Of a stretch of 64,000 bases of DNA, positions 1-9,573 are shown piece after piece. The position numbers were made by a program, and so were the translations under genes. Numbering within the stretch: position 1 is the stretch's first letter; every line of letters begins with the position of its first letter. This DNA is from Bacillota bacterium (GTDB taxonomy: Bacteria; Bacillota; JAAYKD01). The stretch is taken from positions 2,624,001-2,688,000 of the forward strand of contig OY762825.2 of assembly GCA_963666425.2 (NCBI GenBank), given 5' to 3'. The notes below the pieces were generated by a model. That model saw only the letters and a list, made by a program, of their open reading frames with translations, searched no databases and was not told the DNA's origin.

Positions 1-2
1 TA

Positions 3-458
3 CTAACCGGTTGGCTCTACACCGGACGCGACGCGGCACATCAGCGTCTGTTTTTAGCACTGCAAAACGGCAGCGCTTTGCCGATTGATTTACAGGATCA
101 GACTATTTATTACGCCGGTCCGGCGCCGACTCCGCCAGGTCATATCATCGGTTCGATCGGTCCGACTACCAGTGGGCGCATGGATCCCTACACGCCGGCC
201 TTGTTGGCTGCCGGTCTGAAAGGGATGATCGGTAAAGGCAAACGCAGCCAAGCGGTGATCGAGGCGATGCGGAAACATGGCGCTGTTTACTTCGCAGCGT
301 TGGGCGGAGCCGCGGCTTTGCAGGCGAAAACAGTTAAGCAAGTGGAAGTGGTGGCTTATGAAGATTTGGCGACGGAAGCAATTCGGCGTCTTTTTGTCGA
401 GGAGATGCCGGTGATTGTGGCAGTGGATGCCACCGGCGCTTCTGTCTATCAGAAATAA
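3..458 (+). CDS. Fe-S hydro-lyase (fumarate/tartrate hydratase) beta subunit, 5'-truncated by the window edge
   Basis: Frame open from position 3 (LTGWLYTGRDAAHQRL); motifs IYYAGP, GPTTSGRM, MIGKG, AYEDLATEA typical of class I fumarase beta chain. Confidence 0.9.
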   Translation, partial: LTGWLYTGRDAAHQRLFLALQNGSALPIDLQDQTIYYAGPAPTPPGHIIGSIGPTTSGRMDPYTPALLAAGLKGMIGKGKRSQAVIEAMRKHGAVYFAALGGAAALQAKTVKQVEVVAYEDLATEAIRRLFVEEMPVIVAVDATGASVYQK

Positions 459-487
459 TTGAAGCATAAAAAGCAAGGTGTATCAAG

Positions 488-2038
488 ATGGATGAAAAAC
501 AGAAGATCGGAGAAGAACTGCTGTTGCTGCTCGCTGTCCTGCCGGAGCCGATTCGGCAGCTGCTGCTGCAGCAGGATCTGGACGATTTGATTGAAATTGT
601 GATGGATTTAGGCAGACCGCCGGAAGCTAGATTTCCGGAACGGTTCTCCTATCTCGGTGAGGCCTTGGTTTCCCGGGATGATCTGGATTATGTCGTCGGA
701 CGGGTCGGCAGCTTTGGTGATGACAATCGTGCCGGCATTGAACGCACGCTGCATCGTATTTCTGCCATTCGTAATCGGCAGGGGATCATCGTCGGTCTGA
801 CCTTGCGGGTGGGCCGCGCCATGTACGGCACGATCAATTCAATTCGTGATGTGGTTGCGCTGGGCAAGAGTATTTTATTGCTCGGGCGTCCCGGTGTGGG
901 CAAAACGACGATGCTGCGGGAAACAGCCAGAGTCTTAGCGGATGAAATGGAGAAACGGGTGATCGTGGTCGATACTTCCAATGAAATCGCCGGTGATGGT
1001 GATATTCCGCACCCGGGTATCGGACATGCTCGGCGGATGCAGGTACCGCAGGTGTCGCGTCAGCATGCTGTGATGATTGAAGCGGTGGAGAATCATATGC
1101 CGGAAGTCGTCGTGATTGACGAAATCAGTACCGAGCAGGAAGCCGCTGCCGCCAGAACGATTGCGGAACGTGGCGTACAGTTACTGGCCACTGCGCACGG
1201 TATCACTCTGCAGAATTTGATCCAGAACCCAACGCTTTCCGATTTGATTGGCGGTATCCAGACGGTGACGCTGAGTGATGAGGAAGCCCGCCGACGCGGT
1301 ACGCAAAAATCCGTCCTGGAGCGGAAAGAAGCACCGACTTTTGAGTTGCTGATTGAATTACAGAGCCGTGATCGTCTGTTGATTCATTTTGATGTGGCTG
1401 CTACGGTGGATTTATTGCTGCGCGGTCATCAGCCAACCCCGGAGATTAGAGCCAGGCAAGGGGATGGCCAGTGGCAGACAGAACAGCTGAGCGATGTGCA
1501 GGAAAAAAAAGAGGATCTGGCTGTCCTGGATCACGGCAGCAATATGGAGAAGGTAGCGCGTTTCGTCAATGTCATCAGCCTTTACCCTTACGCAGTCAAT
1601 CGTAATTTGGTGGAAAAGGCAATCCGGAATTATCGTTTACCCATTCAGATCAACCGTGGTTTGGATGGCAGTGATGTTTTTTTGACTTTGAAGTCCCAAC
1701 TGCGGCGTTTGCCGGAGAAACTTTTAGAAGCGCAGCAAAACGGCATCCCGGTGATTACGGTCCGGGCGAATACAACGGCTCAAATCGAGATTGCTCTGCG
1801 CGAATTGGTGCGCAGTAAACCGCAGCACGAGGAGCTTCCCCATCTCGAGGGTTGGCAGGATCCTCTGGAAGAAGCGGAAATGGCAATTGAACAAGTAATA
1901 GAAAGTCAAAAATCGGTGGAATTACAACCTCAGGATGCCTATAATCGCCGTTTGCAGCATGAATTGGCGGAGCAATATCGCTTGCGTTCACGTTCGATCG
2001 GAGAAGAACCCAGCCGCAGGGTGATTATCTATATTTAA
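488..2038 (+). CDS. Ycf45/SpoIIIAA-like AAA ATPase with C-terminal R3H domain
   Basis: ERTLHRIS, Walker [28 protein letters not shown], Walker B VVVIDE; C-terminal RRLQHELA R3H motif. Confidence 0.85.
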   Translation: MDEKQKIGEELLLLLAVLPEPIRQLLLQQDLDDLIEIVMDLGRPPEARFPERFSYLGEALVSRDDLDYVVGRVGSFGDDNRAGIERTLHRISAIRNRQGIIVGLTLRVGRAMYGTINSIRDVVALGKSILLLGRPGVGKTTMLRETARVLADEMEKRVIVVDTSNEIAGDGDIPHPGIGHARRMQVPQVSRQHAVMIEAVENHMPEVVVIDEISTEQEAAAARTIAERGVQLLATAHGITLQNLIQNPTLSDLIGGIQTVTLSDEEARRRGTQKSVLERKEAPTFELLIELQSRDRLLIHFDVAATVDLLLRGHQPTPEIRARQGDGQWQTEQLSDVQEKKEDLAVLDHGSNMEKVARFVNVISLYPYAVNRNLVEKAIRNYRLPIQINRGLDGSDVFLTLKSQLRRLPEKLLEAQQNGIPVITVRANTTAQIEIALRELVRSKPQHEELPHLEGWQDPLEEAEMAIEQVIESQKSVELQPQDAYNRRLQHELAEQYRLRSRSIGEEPSRRVIIYI

Positions 2039-2043
2039 TCTCT

Positions 2044-2072
2044 TGACGTTTACAAGTCCCGCATGTATAATA
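2044..2072 (+). promoter_or_regulatory. sigma-A promoter of the darA operon
   Basis: TTGACG-N17-TATAAT. Confidence 0.7.
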
Positions 2073-2116
2073 ATAGCAAGAACTCCTGTGAGAGTGGAGA
2101 AAATGGAGGGATTTCT

Positions 2117-2446
2117 ATGAAAATGGTGATTGCTGTGATTCAGGATCAGGATGCCCACAATGCAGCCGATGCTTTGGTTGCCGGTGGCTTTCGATCTACT
2201 CGCCTCTCCAGTACTGGTGGATTCTTAAGAGCCGGAAATACAACCCTGTTAATTGGTGTTGAAGATAAACAAGTGGAAGAAGTCTGCCAAATTATCCGCA
2301 ACGAATGTGAAGCGCGTACTCAAATTGTTAACCCGATTACACCGATGGCATCCACGATCGAATCCTTTTCTACTTTCCCGGTAGAAGTAGTGGTTGGCGG
2401 AGCGATTATCTTTGTGATTGATATCGAACGTTTTGAGCGTGCATGA
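2117..2446 (+). CDS. darA: c-di-AMP receptor DarA/PstA (YaaQ, PII-like)
   Basis: MKMVIAVIQDQD, TRLSSTGGFLRAGNTT, VVVGGAIIFV; GGAGG RBS before ATG 2117. Confidence 0.92.
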   Translation: MKMVIAVIQDQDAHNAADALVAGGFRSTRLSSTGGFLRAGNTTLLIGVEDKQVEEVCQIIRNECEARTQIVNPITPMASTIESFSTFPVEVVVGGAIIFVIDIERFERA

Positions 2447-2814
2447 AACGAAGCGCTCAAAAGATAAAAATAAGTCTGCCGCTCGTTGATCCGGCTGCCT
2501 GGCTGCAGCAAATTGAGGCATGCGGCGAACGCTTGCTTTTACAATCTGATTTGCTTGATTGGCGGGTTTTTCAACGATCTGTGCGGGACTTTGCCCTTTG
2601 GGCTGCGATAGCAGAACCGGAAGAACCGGATGACGAAGAAGCACCGCTGCGTTATAGTGATCCCTTGGCTCCCGTACTACAGAGAAATATTGATAGACTC
2701 CTAACGCGTTTGCAAACACAGGTAAAAAGATCTGCACCGGATCACGGTCAGATGGCGGAATTGATTGATGAAATACAGCATTTACTGCGAGAGATTTATA
2801 GTTTCAAGCAATAG
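2443..2814 (+). CDS. divergent YaaR/DUF327-like protein
   Basis: Syntenic between yaaQ and holB; IEACGERL...FQRSVRDF and IDEIQHLL resemble YaaR helices; overlaps the darA stop codon. Confidence 0.55.
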   Translation: MKRSAQKIKISLPLVDPAAWLQQIEACGERLLLQSDLLDWRVFQRSVRDFALWAAIAEPEEPDDEEAPLRYSDPLAPVLQRNIDRLLTRLQTQVKRSAPDHGQMAELIDEIQHLLREIYSFKQ

Positions 2815-2944
2815 ACGTCGCTCATCTGTCATCGTCTGGTATGTGCAGCGCCATCTGTTGGCGGGCGTTTCGCAGGTGTGAAAGAAAACATCTGTTCAAA
2901 CGCGACGGCGACAGGTGGTGCTTTTTATTGAGGTGGTGGAAAAT

Positions 2945-3946
2945 ATGTGGAGTGATGCTGTTTTCGGTCAGGATTATGCGGTTACACTCTTAAGTCATGC
3001 GATGGAACAGCAAAGATTAGCCCAGAGCTATCTTTTTTATGGCCCGGAAGGGGTCGGTAAACGTACTGCGGCACTGTGTCTAGCCATGGCGATAAATTGC
3101 CTGAGCCAAGAGGGGCTGGGCTGCGGTCATTGTGTTTCCTGCCGTAAGCTGCAGAAGGGCAGTCATCCCGATTGGCTGATGCTGCAGCCGCTGGAAGGCA
3201 AGAGCGGCATCGGTATTGAACAAATTCGTCAGCTGCAGCCACTGATGGCGCACAGACCGTATGAGGGACGCCGCAGAGTGATTGTAATCGATCCCATCGA
3301 TAAGTTGGAAGTACCGGCCGCCAATGCGCTGCTCAAGCTGTTGGAGGAGCCGGCAGCCGACAATTTGCTGATTTTGATTTCGCATCAACCTGAAAGTATC
3401 CTGCCAACCATTCGGTCACGCTGTCAGATGATTCGTTTCCTGCCGCTTTCGGAAGCAGTGATCAGACAGGTTTTACGTCAGGAGCACCCCGGTCTCGTGA
3501 TACCGGAGCTGGCCGTGAGAATGGCGCAGGGCAGTGTCGGTAAGGCAGCAGCCTGGCTTGAGGATGATCAGCTTGCCATAGAATGGGAAAAATCGGTGCA
3601 GTGGTTTTTTGAGGAACCCAACTGGAGCGTATCCATGCGTTTGGCTTGGGTAGCAGAGCGGGAAAAAGAAAAATGGGAACGGATCCATTGGCAAATTTTC
3701 TGGCAGTCATGGCAGGATTTGCTGCGGGATCGTTTGATTTTAAGCGGAGGGGGTTCGCCCGCCACCTTAATCAATCCGCAGCTGCAGCAGCAGCTCGTCG
3801 GGATGAAACCGCTTTCGTCAGTACAATTAGTCTTGCGAATTGAGCAAATCAGTCTTCTGCTGCAGCAAATGCAGGTGCGAGTTACCGCCCTGGCTGCTTC
3901 AGAATCGCTGTTAATAGATTGGAGAAGTGAAGAAAAATGCCCATAG
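2945..3946 (+). CDS. holB: DNA polymerase III subunit delta'
   Basis: SYLFYGPEGVGK, CGHCVSC zinc motif, ANALLKLLEEP, TIRSRC; GAGGTG RBS before ATG 2945. Confidence 0.93.
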   Translation: MWSDAVFGQDYAVTLLSHAMEQQRLAQSYLFYGPEGVGKRTAALCLAMAINCLSQEGLGCGHCVSCRKLQKGSHPDWLMLQPLEGKSGIGIEQIRQLQPLMAHRPYEGRRRVIVIDPIDKLEVPAANALLKLLEEPAADNLLILISHQPESILPTIRSRCQMIRFLPLSEAVIRQVLRQEHPGLVIPELAVRMAQGSVGKAAAWLEDDQLAIEWEKSVQWFFEEPNWSVSMRLAWVAEREKEKWERIHWQIFWQSWQDLLRDRLILSGGGSPATLINPQLQQQLVGMKPLSSVQLVLRIEQISLLLQQMQVRVTALAASESLLIDWRSEEKCP

Positions 3947-4827
3947 TGGTTGGTGTGCGCTTCAAAAGCGCCGGTAAAATTTACTATTTTGATCCCTTGG
4001 AGATGGTTTTCTCTGCGGGAGATAGTGTGATTGTGGAAACTGCTCGCGGGGTGGAAATGGGTGAGATTGTTTTGGAACGCCGCAGTGTGGAAGAAAATCA
4101 GGCGGTGCTGCCTTTGAAACCAATCATTCGCAAAGCCAGCGAACACGATCTGCAGCAATGGCGTGATCTGCGCGAAGAAGAAAAAAATGCCCTGCGGATC
4201 TGTCAGGAAAAAGTGAAAGCGCACGGCTTGGAAATGAAACTGGTCGATGTAGAATATACCTTTGACCGCGGTAAACTGACTTTCTATTTTACGGCGGACG
4301 GGCGGGTGGATTTCAGGGAATTGGTACGCGATTTAGCGTCCATTTTCCATACCAGAATTGAATTGCGTCAGATCGGCGTGCGGGATGAGGCCAAAGCCAT
4401 GGGTGGCTTGGGTACTTGCGGACGCTCGATTTGCTGTGCGACTTTTTTGGGTGATTTTGTCCCGGTTTCCATTCGTATGGCGAAAGAACAGAATATCTCG
4501 CTGAATCCGGCTAAAATTTCCGGAATCTGCGGCAGACTGCTCTGCTGTTTGAAATACGAGTCGGAAGGCTATGGCATGGGTGGTTTGGAAGTACCGGAAG
4601 TCGGCAGTAAAGTCGGAACCACCATGGGAGAAGGGATCGTTAGCCATATTCGTACCAACAAGGGAGTTGTCCGAGTCAAATTGACGGAAACCAATCAGGA
4701 AAGCGAATTTTCCTTGGATGAAATCGTCCTGATTGAAAAGAACAGCGGCTGTAATTGCAGTCAATGCGATCAATGTAAAAAAGCGCCGGAAGAAGAGCCG
4801 CAGGGGAACAAAGGGAGCAAGCAATAA
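3937..4827 (+). CDS. yaaT: PSP1-domain protein YaaT/RicT
   Basis: VGVRFK, FYFTADGRVDFRELV, GxCGRxxCC, ISGICGRLLCCLKYE. Confidence 0.92.
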   Translation: MPIVVGVRFKSAGKIYYFDPLEMVFSAGDSVIVETARGVEMGEIVLERRSVEENQAVLPLKPIIRKASEHDLQQWRDLREEEKNALRICQEKVKAHGLEMKLVDVEYTFDRGKLTFYFTADGRVDFRELVRDLASIFHTRIELRQIGVRDEAKAMGGLGTCGRSICCATFLGDFVPVSIRMAKEQNISLNPAKISGICGRLLCCLKYESEGYGMGGLEVPEVGSKVGTTMGEGIVSHIRTNKGVVRVKLTETNQESEFSLDEIVLIEKNSGCNCSQCDQCKKAPEEEPQGNKGSKQ

Positions 4828-5612
4828 TGCCGGAGCAATCTCTGCCCTTGTTGCTGCCGGGAGAGCGCCTGGATCAGTTGAACCGGACCGGGCTTCGCAT
4901 CATCCAACATCCGGGACGGTTCTGTTTTGGCATGGATGCCGTGCTGCTGGCGAGTCTGGCCACGGTCAAGCCGGGAGAATTCGTTTGCGATTTCGGAACT
5001 GGCAGCGGTGTGATTCCTCTCTTGTTATGCAGTCGGATGGCGGATCTCAGGATCACAGGCCTGGAAATTCAAAGCGATATGGCGGAAATGGCCAATCGAT
5101 CGGTTTGCTGCAATTCACTGCAGGATCGTATCACCATTTTGCAGGCTGATTTTTGTGCAGCTGCCGCCGTCACGGGCAAACGGAAATTCGATTTGGTGAT
5201 CAGCAATCCTCCCTATAAAGCGTTAAAAGACGGCTTGCTCAATCCCGCACGTGCGCAGGCGATTGCGCGTCATGAGATATACGGCGGCATGGATGATCTC
5301 CTGCAGTCGGCGGCTGCTGTATTGAAGCCGCTGGGACGTCTGGCTCTGATCTATCGGCCCCAACGTTTAGTGGCTTTGCTGAGTGGGATGGCCGCCGTTG
5401 GGATTGAACCGAAGCGATTGCGCCTGATTCAATCTCAACTCGATAAAAAACCAAATCTGGTTTTTGTCGAAGGTGTTTTGCAGGGAAAACCGGAGCTGAT
5501 CGTGGAACCGACCCTGATGATTTACGGAGAAGACGGAACCTATACCAAGGAAATATTGCAGTGTTATGCAATGAGCGAACAGGAGGAAACCTTTTCTGCT
5601 GATCGTGTCTAG
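4827..5612 (+). CDS. tRNA1(Val) adenine(37)-N6-methyltransferase (YabB/TrmN6 family)
   Basis: FGMDAVLLA, SAM motif DFGTGSG, NPPY, ARHEI. Confidence 0.88.
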   Translation: MPEQSLPLLLPGERLDQLNRTGLRIIQHPGRFCFGMDAVLLASLATVKPGEFVCDFGTGSGVIPLLLCSRMADLRITGLEIQSDMAEMANRSVCCNSLQDRITILQADFCAAAAVTGKRKFDLVISNPPYKALKDGLLNPARAQAIARHEIYGGMDDLLQSAAAVLKPLGRLALIYRPQRLVALLSGMAAVGIEPKRLRLIQSQLDKKPNLVFVEGVLQGKPELIVEPTLMIYGEDGTYTKEILQCYAMSEQEETFSADRV

Positions 5613-5660
5613 ATACGCTGGTAACCAGGAATGAAATGAATCAGAGGAGAAACTTAAAAA

Positions 5661-6578
5661 ATGCAACCGTTGCAACGGCAGCTGCCGAAAAATTATAGCA
5701 GCCCTATTTGGCGCGCCATCATGGAATTTGAGATGCTGCAACCGAATGACAGGGTGATGGTGGGGCTTTCCGGTGGGAAAGACTCCAGCTTTTTGCTGTA
5801 CGCGCTTTGGGTGATCCAACAGCATTCACTGATTCCATTCGAGCTGGCAGCTGTCACGATCGATCCGGGTTTTTCTGAAGCTTCACCTCGGCCAGCCCTG
5901 CAGGAATTGTGCGATGCCATGGCAATTCCTTTTTTCTTTGAAGCGCTGCCGCAGATGAAAGACGTTATTTTTACAGGCGATCCTCGACAGAGCCCCTGCG
6001 CACGCTGTGCTTTTTTTCGCCGGGGTGCGATCAACCGGATTGCTGCTGCCAATGGTTATCATAAACTGGCGCTCGGGCATCACCATGATGATGCGGTGGA
6101 AACCTTTTTGATGAGCATACTCTATTCCGGTCAAATCACGACATTTACCCCGGTTACCCCACAGGAGCGAGCCGGTTTGACGATTATTCGACCCTTGGTT
6201 TATCTGAGAGAGAAAGAAATTCGGGCAGCCAAGCGATTTTTCCCCTTTGAACCGATTTCCAGCTGTTGCCCCCGCGACGGCAACAGTACCAGAGCGGCGG
6301 TAAAAGATCTGATCCGGGATTTGAGTCAAGAAAACAATTCGGTCTACGAAAACTTGAGCGCCGCCATGCGCTCCGCGCCGGAACGGGCAGCCTTATGGCC
6401 TCGTCCGATCAATCGGATGCAGATGAAAGAGCGTTATCTGCAAGCGACAGCTTGGCATCGCAATCAAATGAAAAAAACAAACGCCGAGAAAAATGTATCG
6501 AAAGCAAAGTCTGCGGACCAAGCACATGAAAAAAAGATCATCGTCGCTGAACTTCAAATTGAACAAGACGATGAATAA
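5661..6578 (+). CDS. ttcA: TtcA-family tRNA 2-thiocytidine biosynthesis protein
   Basis: PP-loop SGGKDS, SPCARC, ALGHHHDD, IIRPL. Confidence 0.82.
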   Translation: MQPLQRQLPKNYSSPIWRAIMEFEMLQPNDRVMVGLSGGKDSSFLLYALWVIQQHSLIPFELAAVTIDPGFSEASPRPALQELCDAMAIPFFFEALPQMKDVIFTGDPRQSPCARCAFFRRGAINRIAAANGYHKLALGHHHDDAVETFLMSILYSGQITTFTPVTPQERAGLTIIRPLVYLREKEIRAAKRFFPFEPISSCCPRDGNSTRAAVKDLIRDLSQENNSVYENLSAAMRSAPERAALWPRPINRMQMKERYLQATAWHRNQMKKTNAEKNVSKAKSADQAHEKKIIVAELQIEQDDE

Positions 6579-6583
6579 TTGAG

Positions 6584-8524
6584 GTGAGTATTTTGGCCTT
6601 GATCGCCGTCAATAATATGGCAAAATATTATGGCAGCACGAAGATTTTTGAACGGGTGACTTTTGATGTCAATGCCGGTGACCGCATCGGTTTGGTAGGA
6701 CGCAACGGTACAGGGAAGACCACTTTGCTGCGGGTCATTACCGGGGATCTGGAAGCCGATGGCGATGACAGCACCTTTATGACCAAAGCGTCCGGCTGCA
6801 GTTTTGGCTGGCTGCGTCAGCAGGATGAATTAGGCGGAGACATGCTGTTATGGGCATCCATGCGCTCTGTATTTGCCCAATTGGATGAATTGGAACAACG
6901 CATGCGCAATTTGGAACAAGAGATGGCCCAGCCGCAAGTTTACCAGAACCAAGAAAAATTGGCAGAAATCAATAACCGTTATACCAGAGCGTTGAATGAA
7001 TTTGAAGCCAATGGCGGCTATACTTGTGACAGTCAGATCCGTGCGATTCTCTTTGGGCTAGGCTTTTTGGAAAATGATTTTAGTCTGCCGCTCGATTCTT
7101 TATCGGGTGGTCAAAGGATGCGGGCCGCTTTGGCGCGTGTTTTGCTGCAGAGTCCGGATCTGCTCTTATTGGATGAACCAACCAATCACCTGGACATCGC
7201 GGCAGTCGAATGGCTGGAAGAATACCTGCATACCTATAAGGGTGCAGTGATCGCCGTCTCACACGACCGTTATTTTCTGGACCGCATCGTCAACCGTATT
7301 TTTGAAATCGAGTATCAGACCCTATCCATCTACCGTGGCAATTACAGCGCCTTCGTGCATCAAAAAAAGGAAAACCTGCGGCGTCAGGGAGATGTCTATC
7401 GGCAAACGGAAGAAGAGCGAAAAAAGCTGCGCCGTTTTATCGATAAATTCCAGTATGGCACCAAAGCGACAATGGCAAAAAGCAAGGCAAAAATGCTGGC
7501 ACGCCTCGATCCCATTGAAGCTCCCAAAGCGGCGGCAGCCAGTATGAAACTGCAGTTCAAACCGCGTTTCAAGAGCGCCAATCGGGTGATCATGCTGGAG
7601 GATCTGGAAAAAACTTATGACCGCCGCCTGTTTGGACCGCTCAATCTGACGGTTTACCGCGGTGAGCGGATTGCGCTGGTCGGACCGAATGGCACCGGAA
7701 AAAGTACATTGTTATCTATTTTAACCGGATTTGTCGAACCTTCGGCCGGTGAAGTGCGCTGGGGTGTGGGTGCAGAGTGGAGTTATTATCGGCAAAGTCT
7801 GGATGATCTGGAAGACACCAATACGGTGCTGGAAGAAATGATGTCGGCTGGTGAGCAGATGACCAACGAAGAAGCCAGAACGATTTTGGGGCGCTTTTTA
7901 ATCATTGGAGAAGAGGTCACGAAGCGGGTCAGTACCCTCAGCGGCGGAGAACGCAGCCGCGTGATGTTGGCCAAATTGTTTGTGCAGGGTGCCAATTGTC
8001 TCTTACTGGATGAGCCAACCAATCACCTGGATATCGCCGCCAAAGAATCTCTGGAAGAAGCGCTGCAAACCTTTCCCGGAACGCTGATTTTTGTCTCGCA
8101 CGATCGTTACTTTATCGATCAGGTTGCAGAAAAAATCTGGGAAATGAAAGACGGCAATTTCCGCGTGGTGGAAGGCGGCTGGACCGGTTATACAGAGCTG
8201 TTAGCGAAAGAAAAAGCAGCACTGAATCAAGTACAAACGGGAATTGTCAAACAGGAAAAGCAGGAAGACAGACAAAGCAAGGAGGAACAGCGGCTGCGCA
8301 AACAGTGGGAAAGGCAGATTATGGAAGCCGAACAGACGCTGGAAGCCCTGGAGAAAGAGAAAACCGGTTTGGAATGGACAATGGCCGAACCTGATTTTGT
8401 CAAGCGAAGGGAACGTCAAGCTATTTTACGCCGTTATGCGGAATTGCCTCCCTTGATCGAAGCAGCCTATACAGAATGGGAAAACCGCTGCGACGCTTTG
8501 CAGGCCGGTGAGAAAGAAAAATGA
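6584..8524 (+). CDS. ABC-F family ribosome-associated ATPase
   Basis: Two ABC domains (GRNGTGKT/LSGGQ/LLDEPTNHLD and GPNGTGKS/LSGGE/LLDEPTNHLD), linker, C-terminal coiled coil, no TM segments. Confidence 0.93.
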   Translation: MSILALIAVNNMAKYYGSTKIFERVTFDVNAGDRIGLVGRNGTGKTTLLRVITGDLEADGDDSTFMTKASGCSFGWLRQQDELGGDMLLWASMRSVFAQLDELEQRMRNLEQEMAQPQVYQNQEKLAEINNRYTRALNEFEANGGYTCDSQIRAILFGLGFLENDFSLPLDSLSGGQRMRAALARVLLQSPDLLLLDEPTNHLDIAAVEWLEEYLHTYKGAVIAVSHDRYFLDRIVNRIFEIEYQTLSIYRGNYSAFVHQKKENLRRQGDVYRQTEEERKKLRRFIDKFQYGTKATMAKSKAKMLARLDPIEAPKAAAASMKLQFKPRFKSANRVIMLEDLEKTYDRRLFGPLNLTVYRGERIALVGPNGTGKSTLLSILTGFVEPSAGEVRWGVGAEWSYYRQSLDDLEDTNTVLEEMMSAGEQMTNEEARTILGRFLIIGEEVTKRVSTLSGGERSRVMLAKLFVQGANCLLLDEPTNHLDIAAKESLEEALQTFPGTLIFVSHDRYFIDQVAEKIWEMKDGNFRVVEGGWTGYTELLAKEKAALNQVQTGIVKQEKQEDRQSKEEQRLRKQWERQIMEAEQTLEALEKEKTGLEWTMAEPDFVKRRERQAILRRYAELPPLIEAAYTEWENRCDALQAGEKEK

Positions 8525-8647
8525 TCTCTGCGTCAGGACTCAAAAGGCAGTTTAGCCATAACATCAGATAAAAAAAGAAGCTGATACGAGGAGCAGTACG
8601 TTTCGTACTGAGGATCGTATCAACTTCTATTTTATTTAAAAAAAAGA

Positions 8648-8893
8648 TTAGTGTAATTCTGTCAGCTCTTTTAAGCAGTTGGAGCAGATATGTTTGTCCT
8701 TGAAGTGCAGGAGTTCTCCTTCTTGCCCGCAAAGTGCGCAGCTGGCAGAAAACTTTTTCAGGATAATGGTGTCCTCTTCAGTGAAAATTTCCAAGGCATC
8801 ACGCTCACTGATGTGTAATGTTCTGCGTAATTCCATGGGAATCACAATACGGCCTAATTCATCTATTCTTCTCACGATACCGGTAGCTTTCAT
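8648..8893 (-). CDS. abrB: AbrB family transition-state regulator
   Basis: MKATGIVRRIDELGRIVIPMELR plus C-terminal CxxC...CxxC; AAAGGAGG RBS; divergent from metG as in Bacillus. Confidence 0.92.
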   Translation of the reverse strand: MKATGIVRRIDELGRIVIPMELRRTLHISERDALEIFTEEDTIILKKFSASCALCGQEGELLHFKDKHICSNCLKELTELH

Positions 8894-8929
8894 TTAATGT
8901 AACCTCCTTTGTTTTTCAAATTCAAACTT

Positions 8930-8958
8930 AATTTACCTTATGCCTGCGTGAAAGTCAA
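8930..8958 (-). promoter_or_regulatory. putative sigma-A promoter of abrB
   Basis: Minus strand TTGACT-N17-TAAATT. Confidence 0.45.
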
Positions 8959-9191
8959 TAGTTTCCTTTTGATGGAAAATAATAAAAAAAGAGTCAACTA
9001 GATAAAAAGATACAATTAGACAAAACGAAATAAAAAAAATGGCCTTTTCATGATATTTGCACTAAATAAATCTGTAAACTATCATAAAATTACTCTGCTT
9101 GCTTAAGCAGGTAGAAAACCAGTAAAGAATTGATTTTTTCAGTTTAAACAGGAGGGGAAAGAATGAGAAGCTCAGGACGATTATTTACCAC

Positions 9192-9220
9192 TTGACAGTT
9201 GGTGCAGCAGACAGTATAAT
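9192..9220 (+). promoter_or_regulatory. sigma-A promoter of the metG leader
   Basis: Perfect TTGACA-N17-TATAAT. Confidence 0.8.
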
Positions 9221-9229
9221 CTTTTGTAA

Positions 9230-9518
9230 GAAAGCGATGATGAGAAGAGTAAGGCGTCCTTTGCCGCACAGAGAGTCTGGCAAGCTGAAAACAGATCGGC
9301 GAACGAACCTGAAGATGGTCCCGGAGCAGCGATAGTGATTCAAGTTGAGAGCTGATTAACTATTGACGTCTGGCTTGCGTTAACAAGCTGCGGTAAGCAA
9401 CAGCGGATGCTGTCCTGGCTTGCTGCATTAGGAAGGATGCTTGCTCTTGACAAAGACAGGTGTCGAACAAGGGTGGTACCGCGACCTCTCGCCCCTTATC
9501 GGGTGAGGGCTTTTTTTT
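9230..9518 (+). ncRNA. T-box riboswitch (Met)
   Basis: AGTA loop, GCTGA motif, specifier GAAG-ATG at 9315-9317, T-box AAGGGTGGTACCGCG around 9469-9483, terminator with T8 tract. Confidence 0.92.
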
Positions 9519-9573
9519 ATGGATGCGATGGTAAAAGCAGGGTGAATTTTGATTAATAAAGGAGAGTGAACGG

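Noticed and set aside
3568-4224. Long antisense ORFs (218 aa here; also 35953-36555, 56893-57477, 52885-53451, 15882-16445)
   Set aside because: Shadows of conserved sense-strand genes, without RBS or recognisable motifs
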